This document shows, piece after piece, positions 39,587 through 49,205 of a DNA stretch of 64,000 nt. How positions within the stretch are numbered: the first letter of the stretch is position 1; the number at the start of each line of letters is the position of its first letter. The translations under genes were made by a program, and so were the position numbers. The notes beneath the pieces are model-generated. The model was not told where the DNA came from. It worked only from the letters and a program-made list of their open reading frames with translations, and made no database searches. This stretch comes from Phycisphaerae bacterium (lineage in GTDB: Bacteria > Planctomycetota > Phycisphaerae > SM23-33): contig JAFGJE010000233.1 of NCBI GenBank assembly GCA_016929245.1, positions 1,883 to 65,882 on the forward strand, read 5' to 3'.

Positions 39587-40918
39587 CTAATTGATTTCCC
39601 GGAAATGCAGGCCGTGCTCCGTTAAGCGTTGTCGCATTTCGCTCAGGCTGGTTTGGCCGAAGTTCTTCTGACCGAGCAGTTCGGCTTCGGTCTTGGCGGC
39701 CAGTTCACCGAGGGTTCGGACGTTGAGTTGTTCCAGCACGCGCCGGGCGCGGACGGAAAAATCCACCTGTTCGATGGTCAGCGCCCGGGCGGCGGCATTG
39801 GGATCGTTCGGAAGCGACTCGGCTTCCTCCAGCAGGCCTGACAACTCGCCGGCGGTTTCGGATTCCTGTCCGAGGCGCAGGCCCTTGGCGGACAGCATGT
39901 CCTTGATCTCCTTCAGCGAGGTTTCGCCGAAGTTTTTGTATCCCAGCAGTTCGGCTTCGCTGGTGCGGACCAGGTCGCCGAGGGTCAGGATGTTCATTTT
40001 CTTGAGGCAGTTTCGCGCCCGCACGGACAGCTCGAAGTCCGTCACGGGGATGTCCAGGACGGCGTTTCGCTTGGCGATGCGACGGGCCTGGTCTTCGTCG
40101 TAGTACATATGGCGGGACGCCTGGGTGTCGCGCAGGAACAGCCGGGCGCGCGGGTGGTTCGGGTTGACCGCCAGCAGCCTCTTGAGGCACGCGATGGATT
40201 TTTCGTACTGTCCCACGTCCTCGTACAGCACCGCCAGGTTCAGCAGGGCGCTGGCGTAAATGGGAGGATGACTCAGGCAATCGCGGTACAGATCGATCGC
40301 TTCCTCCTCCTGGCCGTGCAGGTCGAGATAATACGCCAGGCGGAAGGAGGCTTCCGGATGGGCGGGATGCGCTTCGCGGGCCTGTTCATACAGCCGGGTC
40401 GCGTCCTCGCCGCGGCCGTCCAGTTCCGCCAGCAGGCCTTGCAGGTAGAAACCCGTCGCGGCGCCTTCGATCTGTTTTTCGATGGATTTAAGGGTTTTGG
40501 CGGCCTGGTCGGTCTGTCCGGCCAGCGCGAGGGTTTCGACGATCAGCGCGTCGCAGTCCGGTCCTTCCCAGCCTTTGGCTTTGGCGCGTTGAAAGGCCTC
40601 GAGCGCCTGGGCGTAGTTCTTTCGGGCGCGATGACATTGCCCGACGAAGAAATGCCGTTCCCGGTTGTCGGTGGCGTCGGCGAGAACCTCCAGCGCCTCG
40701 GGGAACCGACACAGCAGGTAGCGCAACATGCCGATCATCAGCGCCTTGGCGCCTTTGGGCGTGGGGTGGTTCGCTTCCAGATCCGCTAAAATCTGCCGGC
40801 AGCGATTGGACGCGTTCGGCGTGGCGCCCAGCGCCTCCAGCAATTCCTGATACTCCTGCATCGTCCATGCGTCCCTGGCCAGGATCGCATCCAATGTATC
40901 CAAAGCAGCCTGTTCCAT
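39587..40918 (-). CDS. TPR-repeat protein with two C-terminal RNA polymerase alpha-subunit CTD-like (helix-hairpin-helix) domains
   Basis: GAGGAGA ribosome-binding site before MEQAALDTLD.... TPR repeats in the N-terminal 280 aa. Two copies of the alphaCTD signature, ELSVRARNCLKKMNILTLGDLVRTSEAELLGYKNFGETSLKEIK and DFSVRARRVLEQLNVRTLGELAAKTEAELLGQKNFGQTSLSEMR. Confidence 0.8.
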   Translation of the reverse strand: MEQAALDTLDAILARDAWTMQEYQELLEALGATPNASNRCRQILADLEANHPTPKGAKALMIGMLRYLLCRFPEALEVLADATDNRERHFFVGQCHRARKNYAQALEAFQRAKAKGWEGPDCDALIVETLALAGQTDQAAKTLKSIEKQIEGAATGFYLQGLLAELDGRGEDATRLYEQAREAHPAHPEASFRLAYYLDLHGQEEEAIDLYRDCLSHPPIYASALLNLAVLYEDVGQYEKSIACLKRLLAVNPNHPRARLFLRDTQASRHMYYDEDQARRIAKRNAVLDIPVTDFELSVRARNCLKKMNILTLGDLVRTSEAELLGYKNFGETSLKEIKDMLSAKGLRLGQESETAGELSGLLEEAESLPNDPNAAARALTIEQVDFSVRARRVLEQLNVRTLGELAAKTEAELLGQKNFGQTSLSEMRQRLTEHGLHFREIN

Positions 40919-41088
40919 TGATCGTGTCTCCTCGTTATGCTCGTTGTCGTTCGGATTTCTTCTCCACGGCGAAATCAACAGCCGTATGGCGGATTGCCTT
41001 TACCGTGGAAATCGGTATTATAGTCACCCTGCCGGCGACTGCAATCCCATTTGCATCCTGTCGGGGCGTCGGCGGAGAAACAACAGGT

Positions 41089-42027
41089 ATGATCGAAACC
41101 GGAAAACCCGTGCACGTGGTGATCAATCCCCGCAGCGGATACGGGGGGCAGAAGCGTCTGCTGGGCGAATTGCGCCGGGAAATCCGCCTCGCGGGGTGGG
41201 AGGTCGTCGAATACGTCACCCAGGCGGTCGCCGACGCCACCCGGTACGCGAAGTCCATCGTATCAGACGCCGCCGCGGTCATCGCGTGGGGCGGCGACGG
41301 GACGGTCAACGAAGTCGCCAACGGTCTGGCGGGAACGAACGTGCCGCTGCTGGCGGTCCGCGCGGGTACGGAAAATCTGCTGGCCAAGGAATTGTCCATC
41401 CCCAAGCGCCCGATCGACCTGGTCGGGCTGCTGCTATCCGGCGAGATCATGTCCTGCGATATCGGGATGATCAACGGCCTGAGCTTTCACTCGATTCTCG
41501 GGGTGGGGTTCGACGCCGAAGTGGTTCGGCGCGTCAGCCAGACCCGAACGGGACATATTTCCCACCTGAGCTACTTTTGGCCGATCTGGCGGACGTTTTG
41601 GGAGCACGACTTTCCGCGCCTGTCCGTGCGGGCGGACGGTGAAAATCTATTCGAGGGGCGCGGACTGGTGTTCGTGGGCAATATCTCCCGGTACTCCACG
41701 GGACTTCGCATCTGTCGCGACGCCCGATTCGACGACGGGCTGCTGGACCTCGTGATCTTCGAGTGCGATCAACAGGCCCGGTTGTTACTGCACGCCACCT
41801 GGACGCTTCTGCGCCGGCATCCCTTGAAAGGCAACGTGATCTATCGACAGGCCAAGTCGATTCACGTGGAATCCGACGAACCCGTCCATTGCGAACTCGA
41901 CGGCGATCTCGGACCGACCACCCCGCTGGATATTTCCATTTCTCCGCATCGGATTCAACTGATCGTACCGTCGAATCCCACCGGTTGGCCCGGACCGATT
42001 TGGCCTTGGAAAGGAGCTCCCGTATGA
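41089..42027 (+). CDS. diacylglycerol/lipid kinase catalytic-domain protein (YegS/DagK family)
   Basis: MIETGKPVHVVINPRSGYG...VIAWGGDGTVNEVANGL... is the DAGK_cat GGDG motif. The track ORF has a spurious 74-aa N-terminal extension. Stop overlaps the kdsA ATG as ATGA. Confidence 0.85.
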   Translation: MIETGKPVHVVINPRSGYGGQKRLLGELRREIRLAGWEVVEYVTQAVADATRYAKSIVSDAAAVIAWGGDGTVNEVANGLAGTNVPLLAVRAGTENLLAKELSIPKRPIDLVGLLLSGEIMSCDIGMINGLSFHSILGVGFDAEVVRRVSQTRTGHISHLSYFWPIWRTFWEHDFPRLSVRADGENLFEGRGLVFVGNISRYSTGLRICRDARFDDGLLDLVIFECDQQARLLLHATWTLLRRHPLKGNVIYRQAKSIHVESDEPVHCELDGDLGPTTPLDISISPHRIQLIVPSNPTGWPGPIWPWKGAPV

Positions 42028-42863
42028 ACAAACCCGACCTTTGCATCATCGGCGACGTGACGTTCGGCGACGGTCGATTGGCGCTGATCTCCGGTCCCTG
42101 CATGGCTGAGAGTCTGGAGTTGTGCCTGTCCGTCGCTCATCATATGAAATCCCTGTGCGATCGGTTTGGTGTCGGATACGTTTTCAAGGCCAGTTTTGAT
42201 AAAGCCAATCGTTCCAGCACGGACAGTCATCGCGGGCCGGGCATGAAGGACGGTTTGGCGTGGCTGGCGAAGGTCGCCCGGGAGGTGCGCGTGCCCGTGT
42301 TGACGGACATTCATGAACCGCACCAGGCGGCGCCCGCGGCGGAGGTGGTGGATTGCCTGCAAATTCCCGCGTTTTTATGTCGCCAGACGGATTTACTGAT
42401 CGCGGCGGGGAAGACCGGAAAGGCGGTGAATATCAAGAAGGGACAATTCATGGCCCCCTGGGACATGAAACACGCCGTGGCGAAGGTTAACGCGTATATC
42501 AATCACGGAGTCGTCCTGACGGAACGGGGCACGTTTTTCGGGTACAATCGCCTGGTCACGGATTTACGTTCGATTCCGCAAATGCAGGAATTCGCCCCGG
42601 TGATCTTCGACGCGACGCATTCCGTCCAGCAGCCGGGCGGATTGGGCGCCGCCTCGGGAGGCGAGCGGGAATATGCCCCCCTCCTGGCGAAGGCGGCGTT
42701 GGCGGCCGGGGCGGACGGGCTGTTCATCGAAACCCATCCCGCGCCGGAAAAGGCGTTATCCGACGCCGCCAGCCAGATCGCCCTGAACGACATGGAAACC
42801 GTCCTGCAACAATGCGTGGCGGTCTTTGAAGCGGTTCGAGGAAACGAACCAAAGCGTTCGTGA
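42024..42863 (+). CDS. kdsA: 3-deoxy-8-phosphooctulonate (KDO-8-P) synthase
   Basis: MNKPDLCIIGDVTFGDGRLALISGPCMAES...VFKASFDKANRSS...IPAFLCRQTDLL...FDATHSVQQPGG.... AAAGGAG ribosome-binding site. The track ORF is 5'-extended. Confidence 0.95.
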   Translation: MNKPDLCIIGDVTFGDGRLALISGPCMAESLELCLSVAHHMKSLCDRFGVGYVFKASFDKANRSSTDSHRGPGMKDGLAWLAKVAREVRVPVLTDIHEPHQAAPAAEVVDCLQIPAFLCRQTDLLIAAGKTGKAVNIKKGQFMAPWDMKHAVAKVNAYINHGVVLTERGTFFGYNRLVTDLRSIPQMQEFAPVIFDATHSVQQPGGLGAASGGEREYAPLLAKAALAAGADGLFIETHPAPEKALSDAASQIALNDMETVLQQCVAVFEAVRGNEPKRS

Positions 42864-43071
42864 ATTCTTTGGAATTCCCACCGGAGGATTCCGAAGTAAA
42901 TTTGTTGAGGTATTTTGTTCGTTACGTCGTGTAAAATATAGAGTTGGACGAAGCGTGGTCGCCGAACCGCCGGTTCCCATATCCAGAACGAATCCCCGCG
43001 CTGCACGCGCGCCGGGAAAACGGTAACGGGGCACGCGAGCTTCACGTCCCGGATCAGGTCGGGCTCCATCC

Positions 43072-46000
43072 ATGGAAGAGATGAGTTGTATGTGTAAGCG
43101 AAGAATGTTGATCCTGTCGCCGCGAGGGGCTGGTGATGTCATGCTGCGCGTGCTGTTGTTGTGTGTCGTTCTGTTCTCGATAGGAGACAGGGGATTCGCC
43201 CAGAGCTTACCGACGGTTCCGATCCGTTCGCGCGTTCTGCACCTGGACTCGTATCATCACGACTCGTTATGGTCCGCAAGCCTGCATCATGGCATCGAGA
43301 TGATTCTGGGCAAAGACCCCAATATCGACCTTCGCCTGGAACATATGGACACGAAGTTTCTCTCGACCCCCGAGTATTTCGCGGACCTGGCGGATTTCTA
43401 CGGGAAGAAATACGGAAACACCCGCTTTAACGTCATCATCGCGTCGGACAACAACGCGTTGAATTTTCTACTCCAATATCGGGAACGGCTGTTTCCGGGC
43501 GTTCCGGTGGTGTTTTGCGGCATCAACAACTACACGCCTGAGATGCTCGAAGGGCAGGTCGGGTACACCGGCGTCGTCGAAGCGGTGGACGTTGGCCAAA
43601 CGCTCCTGATCGGACAACAGCTCTTTCCCCGCGCCAAAAGCCTGTTTGTCATCACGGACAAAACCACCACCGGACAGGTGAACAAGCAGTTGTTCCTTCA
43701 GGCGGTCCAGCAAACCATGTTCCCGATTCCCTTCACCATCCGCGAAGAATGGGACATGGAGAGTTTGCTGCGGGAGGTCGAAGCGCTGCCGGCGGATTCT
43801 CTCGTGTTGCGGCTGGCGTTGAATCGGGACAAGTACGGCTGTTTCGTGGACGAGATCGAGGGGATCGCCCGCGTGGCGCGACGATCCAAGGCGCCGGTGC
43901 TGACGTGTTGGGAATATACGATGAATACCGGCGTGTTGGGCGGGAAAGTCGTTAGCGGATTTCTGCAAGGTCTGGAAGCGGGACAGCTCGCGCGCCGGAT
44001 ATTAAACGGTGAGGCCGCCGACGGAATTCCCGTCAACACCGAAAGTCCCAATCGATACACCTTTGACGGAGAGGCGCTGCATCGATTCGGTGCGGACGTC
44101 TCCCGCTTGCCCGCCGGATCAAAGATCCTTTCTCCTCGGCCTTCGTTTTATCGGCGACACCGAGGCCTCCTTCTGGCGGCGGGCGCGTTGTTCGTCGGAT
44201 TGTCCCTGTTGGTTCTGTTTCTGCTGGCGTACATCCTGCGTCGCCGACGGAACGAAATACGACTCCAGCGGCGCGAGGCGCATTGGCGCATGCTGTACGA
44301 AGGACTGCCCGGATACAGTTACATCGTCAACGAGGAATGTCGAATCGAGGACGTCAACGAAGTTCTTTGTCAACTGACGGGATACACCCGGGAGGAATTG
44401 CTGGGCCAGTCCTGCCAAATGCTGTGTTCCGAATCGTCTGAAACGTGTCTGATCCAGGAAAAGGACGCGGAACCCTGCGTCAACGTGGAAGGCGTGATTT
44501 ACACGAAGGACGGCCGCGAAATTCCGGTGCTTCGCGGTTTTCGAAGGATTTCCCTGGATGAACGAAATGTGGTCATCGTGAATTTCCAGGACATCACCGC
44601 CCGCAAACGGGCGGAGGAATCTCTGCGGACATCCGAAGAGATGGAACGATTGTCGCGCGAACAACTGACGGATCTGCACGAAGTCATCGTGGACTTAACG
44701 ACCCAGCGCGACTGGGAGGGGCTTTGTCGACGAGCGGTCATCCTGGCCCATGAACGCCTGGGATTCGAGCGCGTCGGCATCTGGTTCAAAAGCGACGATC
44801 CGAATATCGTGTACGGTTCCTACGGGATCGACGAAAACGGCGAATTCCGCGACGAGCGGGGAAATCAATTGTCCATCGCCGGGGACGATCTGGTTCGGGA
44901 GGCGCTGCTGGAATCCTCGCCGAAAACCTATTATCGAATCCGAACGTTGTTCAACCATCTCGCCCAACCGGTCGGCAGGGGTCCCAACGCCGTCGCGACG
45001 CTCTGGAACGGGCACGAGGTGATCGGGTATATCTCCGCCGACTCCTTCCTCACGGGCAAGGAAATTTCCCCCGTGCAGCAACGGGTGCTGACCCTGCTCG
45101 CCGCGACGCTGGCGAACCTCATCACCGGCGTCAACGCCGAACGCGAACGCGTGCGACTGGCTTCGGCGATCGAACAGGCTTCCGAGGCGATCATCATCAC
45201 CGCCAACGACGGGACCGTCGAATACGTCAACCAGGGAATGACGAAAATTCTCGGATACGAAGCCGACGACGTGCTCGACCACAACATGAGCATTTTCTAT
45301 AACCGGCAGAATGATTCCGAGACGCTGGAGGAGATGTGCCGGGCCATGTACGAGGAACGCGCCTGGTTGAAGCGCATGGTGGTGCGGAAGAAGGACGACC
45401 AGGCGCTCGAGGTGGAAGTCAACCTCTCCCCCGTTCGTCATTCGCAGGGAGGCGTGACCCACTTCGTGCACATCCTGCGGGACGTGTCCAAGGAAATGCA
45501 ACTGGAAGCCCAGCTGCGACAGGCCGCCAAAATGGAAGCGATCGGCCGATTGGCCGGCGGGATCGCGCACGACTTCAACAACCAACTGACCGTGGTGCGC
45601 GGATACTGCGACCTGCTGATGCGCGACCTGGACGCCTCCAGCCCCGTGCGGGAATGCATCGAACAGGTGGACCACGCCACGCGACAGGCGTCCACCCTCA
45701 CCAGCGAACTGCTGTCCTTCAGCCGCAAGCAGATCTTAAAACCGCAGGTCGTCAATCCCAATCGGATCATCGAGGACATTCGCAAATCGCTGGGTCTGGT
45801 CGGCGAGGACATCCGCCTGAAACTGGAACTGCAGGAAGACGTCGGACACATTCGCGTCGATCCGAACCGGCTGGAACAGGCCGTGATGAACCTGACCATC
45901 AACGCCCGCGACGCCATGCCCAACGGCGGGGACCTCGTGATCCGCACCGTCAATATCGAACAACCCGACGACATCCTGGCGCTGCAGGCGAAGGGACGAC

Positions 46001-46662
46001 ACGAACCCATGGTGATGATCGAAGTGAAGGACACCGGCACGGGCATGGACGCCGCGACGACGGAGCAGATTTTCGAGCCGTTTTTCTCGACGAAGAAAAA
46101 AGGGCAGGGCACCGGCCTGGGCCTGGCGATGGTGTACGGATTCGTCCAGCAAAGCGACGGGCACATCCAGGTGAAAAGCACGCCGGGGGTGGGAACGTCG
46201 TTCCGGATGTACCTGCCGCGCGTGGCGGATCCCCTGGACGTCGAAACGCCCCTGCCGGAAACGCCCCCCGCCGAAAGAGGCAACGAAACGATTCTCGTCG
46301 TCGAGGACGACGCCACCGTCCGGCAGCTCGTGGTGCGCGTCCTGCGGGAACACGGATATACGGTGATCGAAACCGGCGTTCCGGAAGACGCGCCCGGCAT
46401 GGTGGATAAGTCCGAAAGGCCGATCGATCTGCTGGTCTCGGACGTCGTCATGCCCGGCACGAGCGGGCCGACGCTGGCGCGAATGCTTCAGCAGCGACAC
46501 AATAACCTGCGCGTCCTGTTCATCTCCGGATTCACCGACGAAAAAACGCTGCGGCGGGAAATTCATTTCGCCAAGGTGAACTTCCTCCAGAAACCCTTCG
46601 CCCCCGAAGAACTCTGCCACGCCGTAACCCGCGCCCTGCGAGGACAGGACAACCAGGAATGA
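43072..46662 (+). CDS. large hybrid sensor histidine kinase / response regulator with N-terminal periplasmic solute-binding-protein-like sensor, PAS/GAF modules, HisKA, HATPase_c and REC
   Basis: Signal/TM segment, then a periplasmic-binding-like region. PAS segments. H-box GIAHDFNNQLTVV. G-boxes ...DTGTGMD...GTGLGLAMV.... C-terminal receiver ...ILVVEDD...VSDVVMPG.... The start may be the internal Met at about 43141. Confidence 0.9.
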   Translation: MEEMSCMCKRRMLILSPRGAGDVMLRVLLLCVVLFSIGDRGFAQSLPTVPIRSRVLHLDSYHHDSLWSASLHHGIEMILGKDPNIDLRLEHMDTKFLSTPEYFADLADFYGKKYGNTRFNVIIASDNNALNFLLQYRERLFPGVPVVFCGINNYTPEMLEGQVGYTGVVEAVDVGQTLLIGQQLFPRAKSLFVITDKTTTGQVNKQLFLQAVQQTMFPIPFTIREEWDMESLLREVEALPADSLVLRLALNRDKYGCFVDEIEGIARVARRSKAPVLTCWEYTMNTGVLGGKVVSGFLQGLEAGQLARRILNGEAADGIPVNTESPNRYTFDGEALHRFGADVSRLPAGSKILSPRPSFYRRHRGLLLAAGALFVGLSLLVLFLLAYILRRRRNEIRLQRREAHWRMLYEGLPGYSYIVNEECRIEDVNEVLCQLTGYTREELLGQSCQMLCSESSETCLIQEKDAEPCVNVEGVIYTKDGREIPVLRGFRRISLDERNVVIVNFQDITARKRAEESLRTSEEMERLSREQLTDLHEVIVDLTTQRDWEGLCRRAVILAHERLGFERVGIWFKSDDPNIVYGSYGIDENGEFRDERGNQLSIAGDDLVREALLESSPKTYYRIRTLFNHLAQPVGRGPNAVATLWNGHEVIGYISADSFLTGKEISPVQQRVLTLLAATLANLITGVNAERERVRLASAIEQASEAIIITANDGTVEYVNQGMTKILGYEADDVLDHNMSIFYNRQNDSETLEEMCRAMYEERAWLKRMVVRKKDDQALEVEVNLSPVRHSQGGVTHFVHILRDVSKEMQLEAQLRQAAKMEAIGRLAGGIAHDFNNQLTVVRGYCDLLMRDLDASSPVRECIEQVDHATRQASTLTSELLSFSRKQILKPQVVNPNRIIEDIRKSLGLVGEDIRLKLELQEDVGHIRVDPNRLEQAVMNLTINARDAMPNGGDLVIRTVNIEQPDDILALQAKGRHEPMVMIEVKDTGTGMDAATTEQIFEPFFSTKKKGQGTGLGLAMVYGFVQQSDGHIQVKSTPGVGTSFRMYLPRVADPLDVETPLPETPPAERGNETILVVEDDATVRQLVVRVLREHGYTVIETGVPEDAPGMVDKSERPIDLLVSDVVMPGTSGPTLARMLQQRHNNLRVLFISGFTDEKTLRREIHFAKVNFLQKPFAPEELCHAVTRALRGQDNQE

Positions 46663-46669
46663 AAACGTT

Positions 46670-46688
46670 CGCGGGCATCCTGCCCGCG
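46670..46688. repeat. GC hairpin CGCGGGCAUCCUGCCCGCG 8 nt after the kinase stop codon (a near-identical copy lies at 63393-63411)
   Basis: 7-bp perfect stem with a 5-nt loop. No U-tract follows. Differs by one loop base from the hairpin at 63393. Confidence 0.35.
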
Positions 46689-46793
46689 CGTAACGAGTCG
46701 GCGCTCCGCGCGGAAGGAATCTTCCGAAGGGATCCCTGACGGACTTCCCCCCGCGTTTCGATTTAACTTTCCTTGTTGTACAATGGCAACGCC

Positions 46794-47666
46794 ATGAAAA
46801 TTCTCATCACCGCCGATCTGCATTACGACGTCCGTCGCTCGCGCGCCCCCGCCGAAGAGCTGGCCGGGCGCGTCGGCGACATGCGGGCCGACGCGCTGGT
46901 GCTGCTGGGGGATTCCGCCGGGGCGGACCTCGACGTGCTGCGTCAGTGCCTGCGAATGTTCGCCGATTTCCCGGGCCGAAAACTCCTCGTGCCGGGAAAC
47001 CACTGCCTGTGGTGTCACCGCGAGGAAACCTCCCTCCAACGCTACGAACAACTCATCCCCGCCGCGGCGAAGGAGGAAGGTTTTTCCGTCCTGGATCACG
47101 AACCGGCGATCCTGGGCGACACAGCCCTGGTGGGATCCATCGGCTGGTATGACTATTCCCTGCGGGAGGAGTCGTTGAACATTCCCATCGAGTTTTATCG
47201 GGAGAAAATTTCCCCCGGCGCGGCGAAGTATTACGGCGGTTATGACGAACTCCTCGCTAAATACGCCGACGTGCTGGGCGAGAGGCAATACGCGCTCGGG
47301 GCGCGGTGGATGGACGGCTGGCGCTGCCGGCTGGGCATGACGGACGAAGAATTTCTCCGGCGTCTGCTCGACACGCTCGAAACGCAACTGACGGATTGCG
47401 CCGTTCGCGCGGAACGCGTGATCGTGTTTCTACACCATCTGCCTTACGCGACTCTCGTTCCGAAGAACCGGCCCGACCATTTCGCCTTCGCGGCTGCTTA
47501 TATGGGTTCCGAACGACTGGGCGAACTGCTGCTGCGATACGAGAAGATCACCGACGTGTACTGCGCCCATTCCCACTGGCCGGGACGCATCCGTGTCGGG
47601 AATATGAACGTCGTGAACATCGGCAGCACGTATCGGTGGAAGAATCTTGAAATCCTGGAGGTGTAA
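46794..47666 (+). CDS. metallophosphoesterase (calcineurin-like phosphoesterase)
   Basis: MKILITADLHYD...LVLLGDSAG...LVPGNHC... are the metallophosphatase motifs (DxH, GD, GNH). Confidence 0.75.
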   Translation: MKILITADLHYDVRRSRAPAEELAGRVGDMRADALVLLGDSAGADLDVLRQCLRMFADFPGRKLLVPGNHCLWCHREETSLQRYEQLIPAAAKEEGFSVLDHEPAILGDTALVGSIGWYDYSLREESLNIPIEFYREKISPGAAKYYGGYDELLAKYADVLGERQYALGARWMDGWRCRLGMTDEEFLRRLLDTLETQLTDCAVRAERVIVFLHHLPYATLVPKNRPDHFAFAAAYMGSERLGELLLRYEKITDVYCAHSHWPGRIRVGNMNVVNIGSTYRWKNLEILEV

Positions 47667-47702
47667 TGTGGTATTCTGGAGACGTCCTATAGGATTCATT
47701 CC

Positions 47703-48758
47703 ATGATGAAACGTCGAACCGGTTTAACGATCATCGCCTTTCTGCTTGTGGTCGGCGCTTCGGCGCCGTCTCAGACAGCCGACGACGCCAAACGGGCGGA
47801 GGAACTTCGCGAACGATTTCTCCGGACCGTTCAGCCGACAGCCGACCAGGAAGTGCAACTCGACCGGATTTGGCTGACGCATCAACAGGCTTTGGCGAAC
47901 TGGCGACGTGAAAACGACCAGAAACTCCAGGCCGCGCAGAACCTGCAACTCGAAGCGCTAAAGACCGACGATCGCGACACCCTCCAGGCCGTCCGCGGGG
48001 AACTCCTGGCGCTGCTGGAATCCCGGCGACGATTACGGCAGTCGATGATGAACCAGATGGAGGAGGTGCTGACAGAACAGCAGTTCGCCAAAGCCCGAAA
48101 ACTCTTTCGTTCGTCACTCACCGGCGCGGAAACGTTGCGAGTGATGCAACAACTTCAGCTCTCCGACATCCAGAAGACGGAGATGAAGCGGATTCTCGAC
48201 AAGGCAGCCTTGGCATCCCGAAAGGAAGAGAATCCCGCCGACCGCGAGGCGATCATGGACGACGCGCTGGAGACCATCGAGCAAACCGTCCTGAGCGTCC
48301 CGCAGCGAACGGCGCTGCAGCGACGGATCGAGCAAGACCGTCAACAGAAGCGCCGACAGGAAATGCTCGGGAAAATGGAATTCACCGAGGAGCAAAAGGC
48401 GAAAATCCGGGCCATCCTCGCCGAGGCGCGGCAAAAAGCCGAACACGCGAAAACCTCCCCGGAAAAACAGGCCGTCCTCGCCGAAGCGCATCGCGTCATT
48501 CGCCGGGACGTCTGGACCGAAAAACAGCGCGAGCAGTTCACCCTCGCCCAGATCGAACGGCAGTGTCGACAATTGCGAACCCTCGGCCTGTCCGAAGCCC
48601 AGATCGCCCAGGCGGAAAAAATCCTCCTCGACGCCCATGTCAAAGCCCAGGCCGCCCCCCGCGACGAGGAAAAACGTCAAATCCTCCGCGACGCCCACGA
48701 AAAAATCCGCACACAGCTTTTACAAACGAACCAACGGGAACATCCCAACCCCCGATAA
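47703..48758 (+). CDS. periplasmic LTXXQ-motif repeat protein (Spy/CpxP-like)
   Basis: Signal peptide MMKRRTGLTIIAFLLVVGASAPS. At least six LTXXQ-like repeats (LTHQQ, LTEQQ, LSDIQ, FTEEQ, WTEKQ, LSEAQ) in a charged helical protein. Confidence 0.65.
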   Translation: MMKRRTGLTIIAFLLVVGASAPSQTADDAKRAEELRERFLRTVQPTADQEVQLDRIWLTHQQALANWRRENDQKLQAAQNLQLEALKTDDRDTLQAVRGELLALLESRRRLRQSMMNQMEEVLTEQQFAKARKLFRSSLTGAETLRVMQQLQLSDIQKTEMKRILDKAALASRKEENPADREAIMDDALETIEQTVLSVPQRTALQRRIEQDRQQKRRQEMLGKMEFTEEQKAKIRAILAEARQKAEHAKTSPEKQAVLAEAHRVIRRDVWTEKQREQFTLAQIERQCRQLRTLGLSEAQIAQAEKILLDAHVKAQAAPRDEEKRQILRDAHEKIRTQLLQTNQREHPNPR

Positions 48759-48836
48759 GCCCGTCCAAAACTCATTCAAAAAATACTTCGTGAAATTCGT
48801 GTAATTCGTGGACACCCTCCGGGTAGGATAGTCCTC

Positions 48837-49205
48837 ATGATCGCCCTTACGACATGGGAATATCGCCTGCTGCTGATCGCGGCCTTCGTTGCGGCGCTGA
48901 TTATCTCGGCGTTTCGGATGGCCCGGATCGCCGGGCGCATCGGGCGCTCCCGGTGGGTGTGGTTCTTCATCAGTCTGTTCTTTACCGCCATCCCCGCGAC
49001 GGTGGTATTCTGGCACGACCGCATGAAAAGCATCTCCGCCGGGTACTCGCAAAACGACGATGACACAAAATCACCCGGTAAAAAAAAATCCCCAGCCGTC
49101 GCAGGCCGATGCCCGCATTGCGGAGCGATTCTCACCGTCGCCGACCGGGCCGCGGGCAAGTGCCCGCGGTGCAAAATGATCCTGGAAGAAGGACACTACG
49201 CATGA
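48837..49205 (+). CDS. small membrane protein with C-terminal zinc-ribbon (CPHCG...CPRCK)
   Basis: Two predicted TM helices, then a Lys-rich linker and a CxxC-N13-CxxC motif. Stop overlaps the cinA ATG (ATGA). Confidence 0.5.
   Translation: MIALTTWEYRLLLIAAFVAALIISAFRMARIAGRIGRSRWVWFFISLFFTAIPATVVFWHDRMKSISAGYSQNDDDTKSPGKKKSPAVAGRCPHCGAILTVADRAAGKCPRCKMILEEGHYA

Noticed and set aside
43468-48698. Multiple ORFs overlapping the 1196-aa kinase, the phosphoesterase and the LTXXQ-repeat gene on either strand (43468-43968, 44119-44679, 44695-45675, 45336-46409, 45438-46460, 45736-46620, 46563-47387, 48114-48698)
   Set aside because: They are shadow frames. The kinase frame carries the HisKA, HATPase and REC motifs colinearly.
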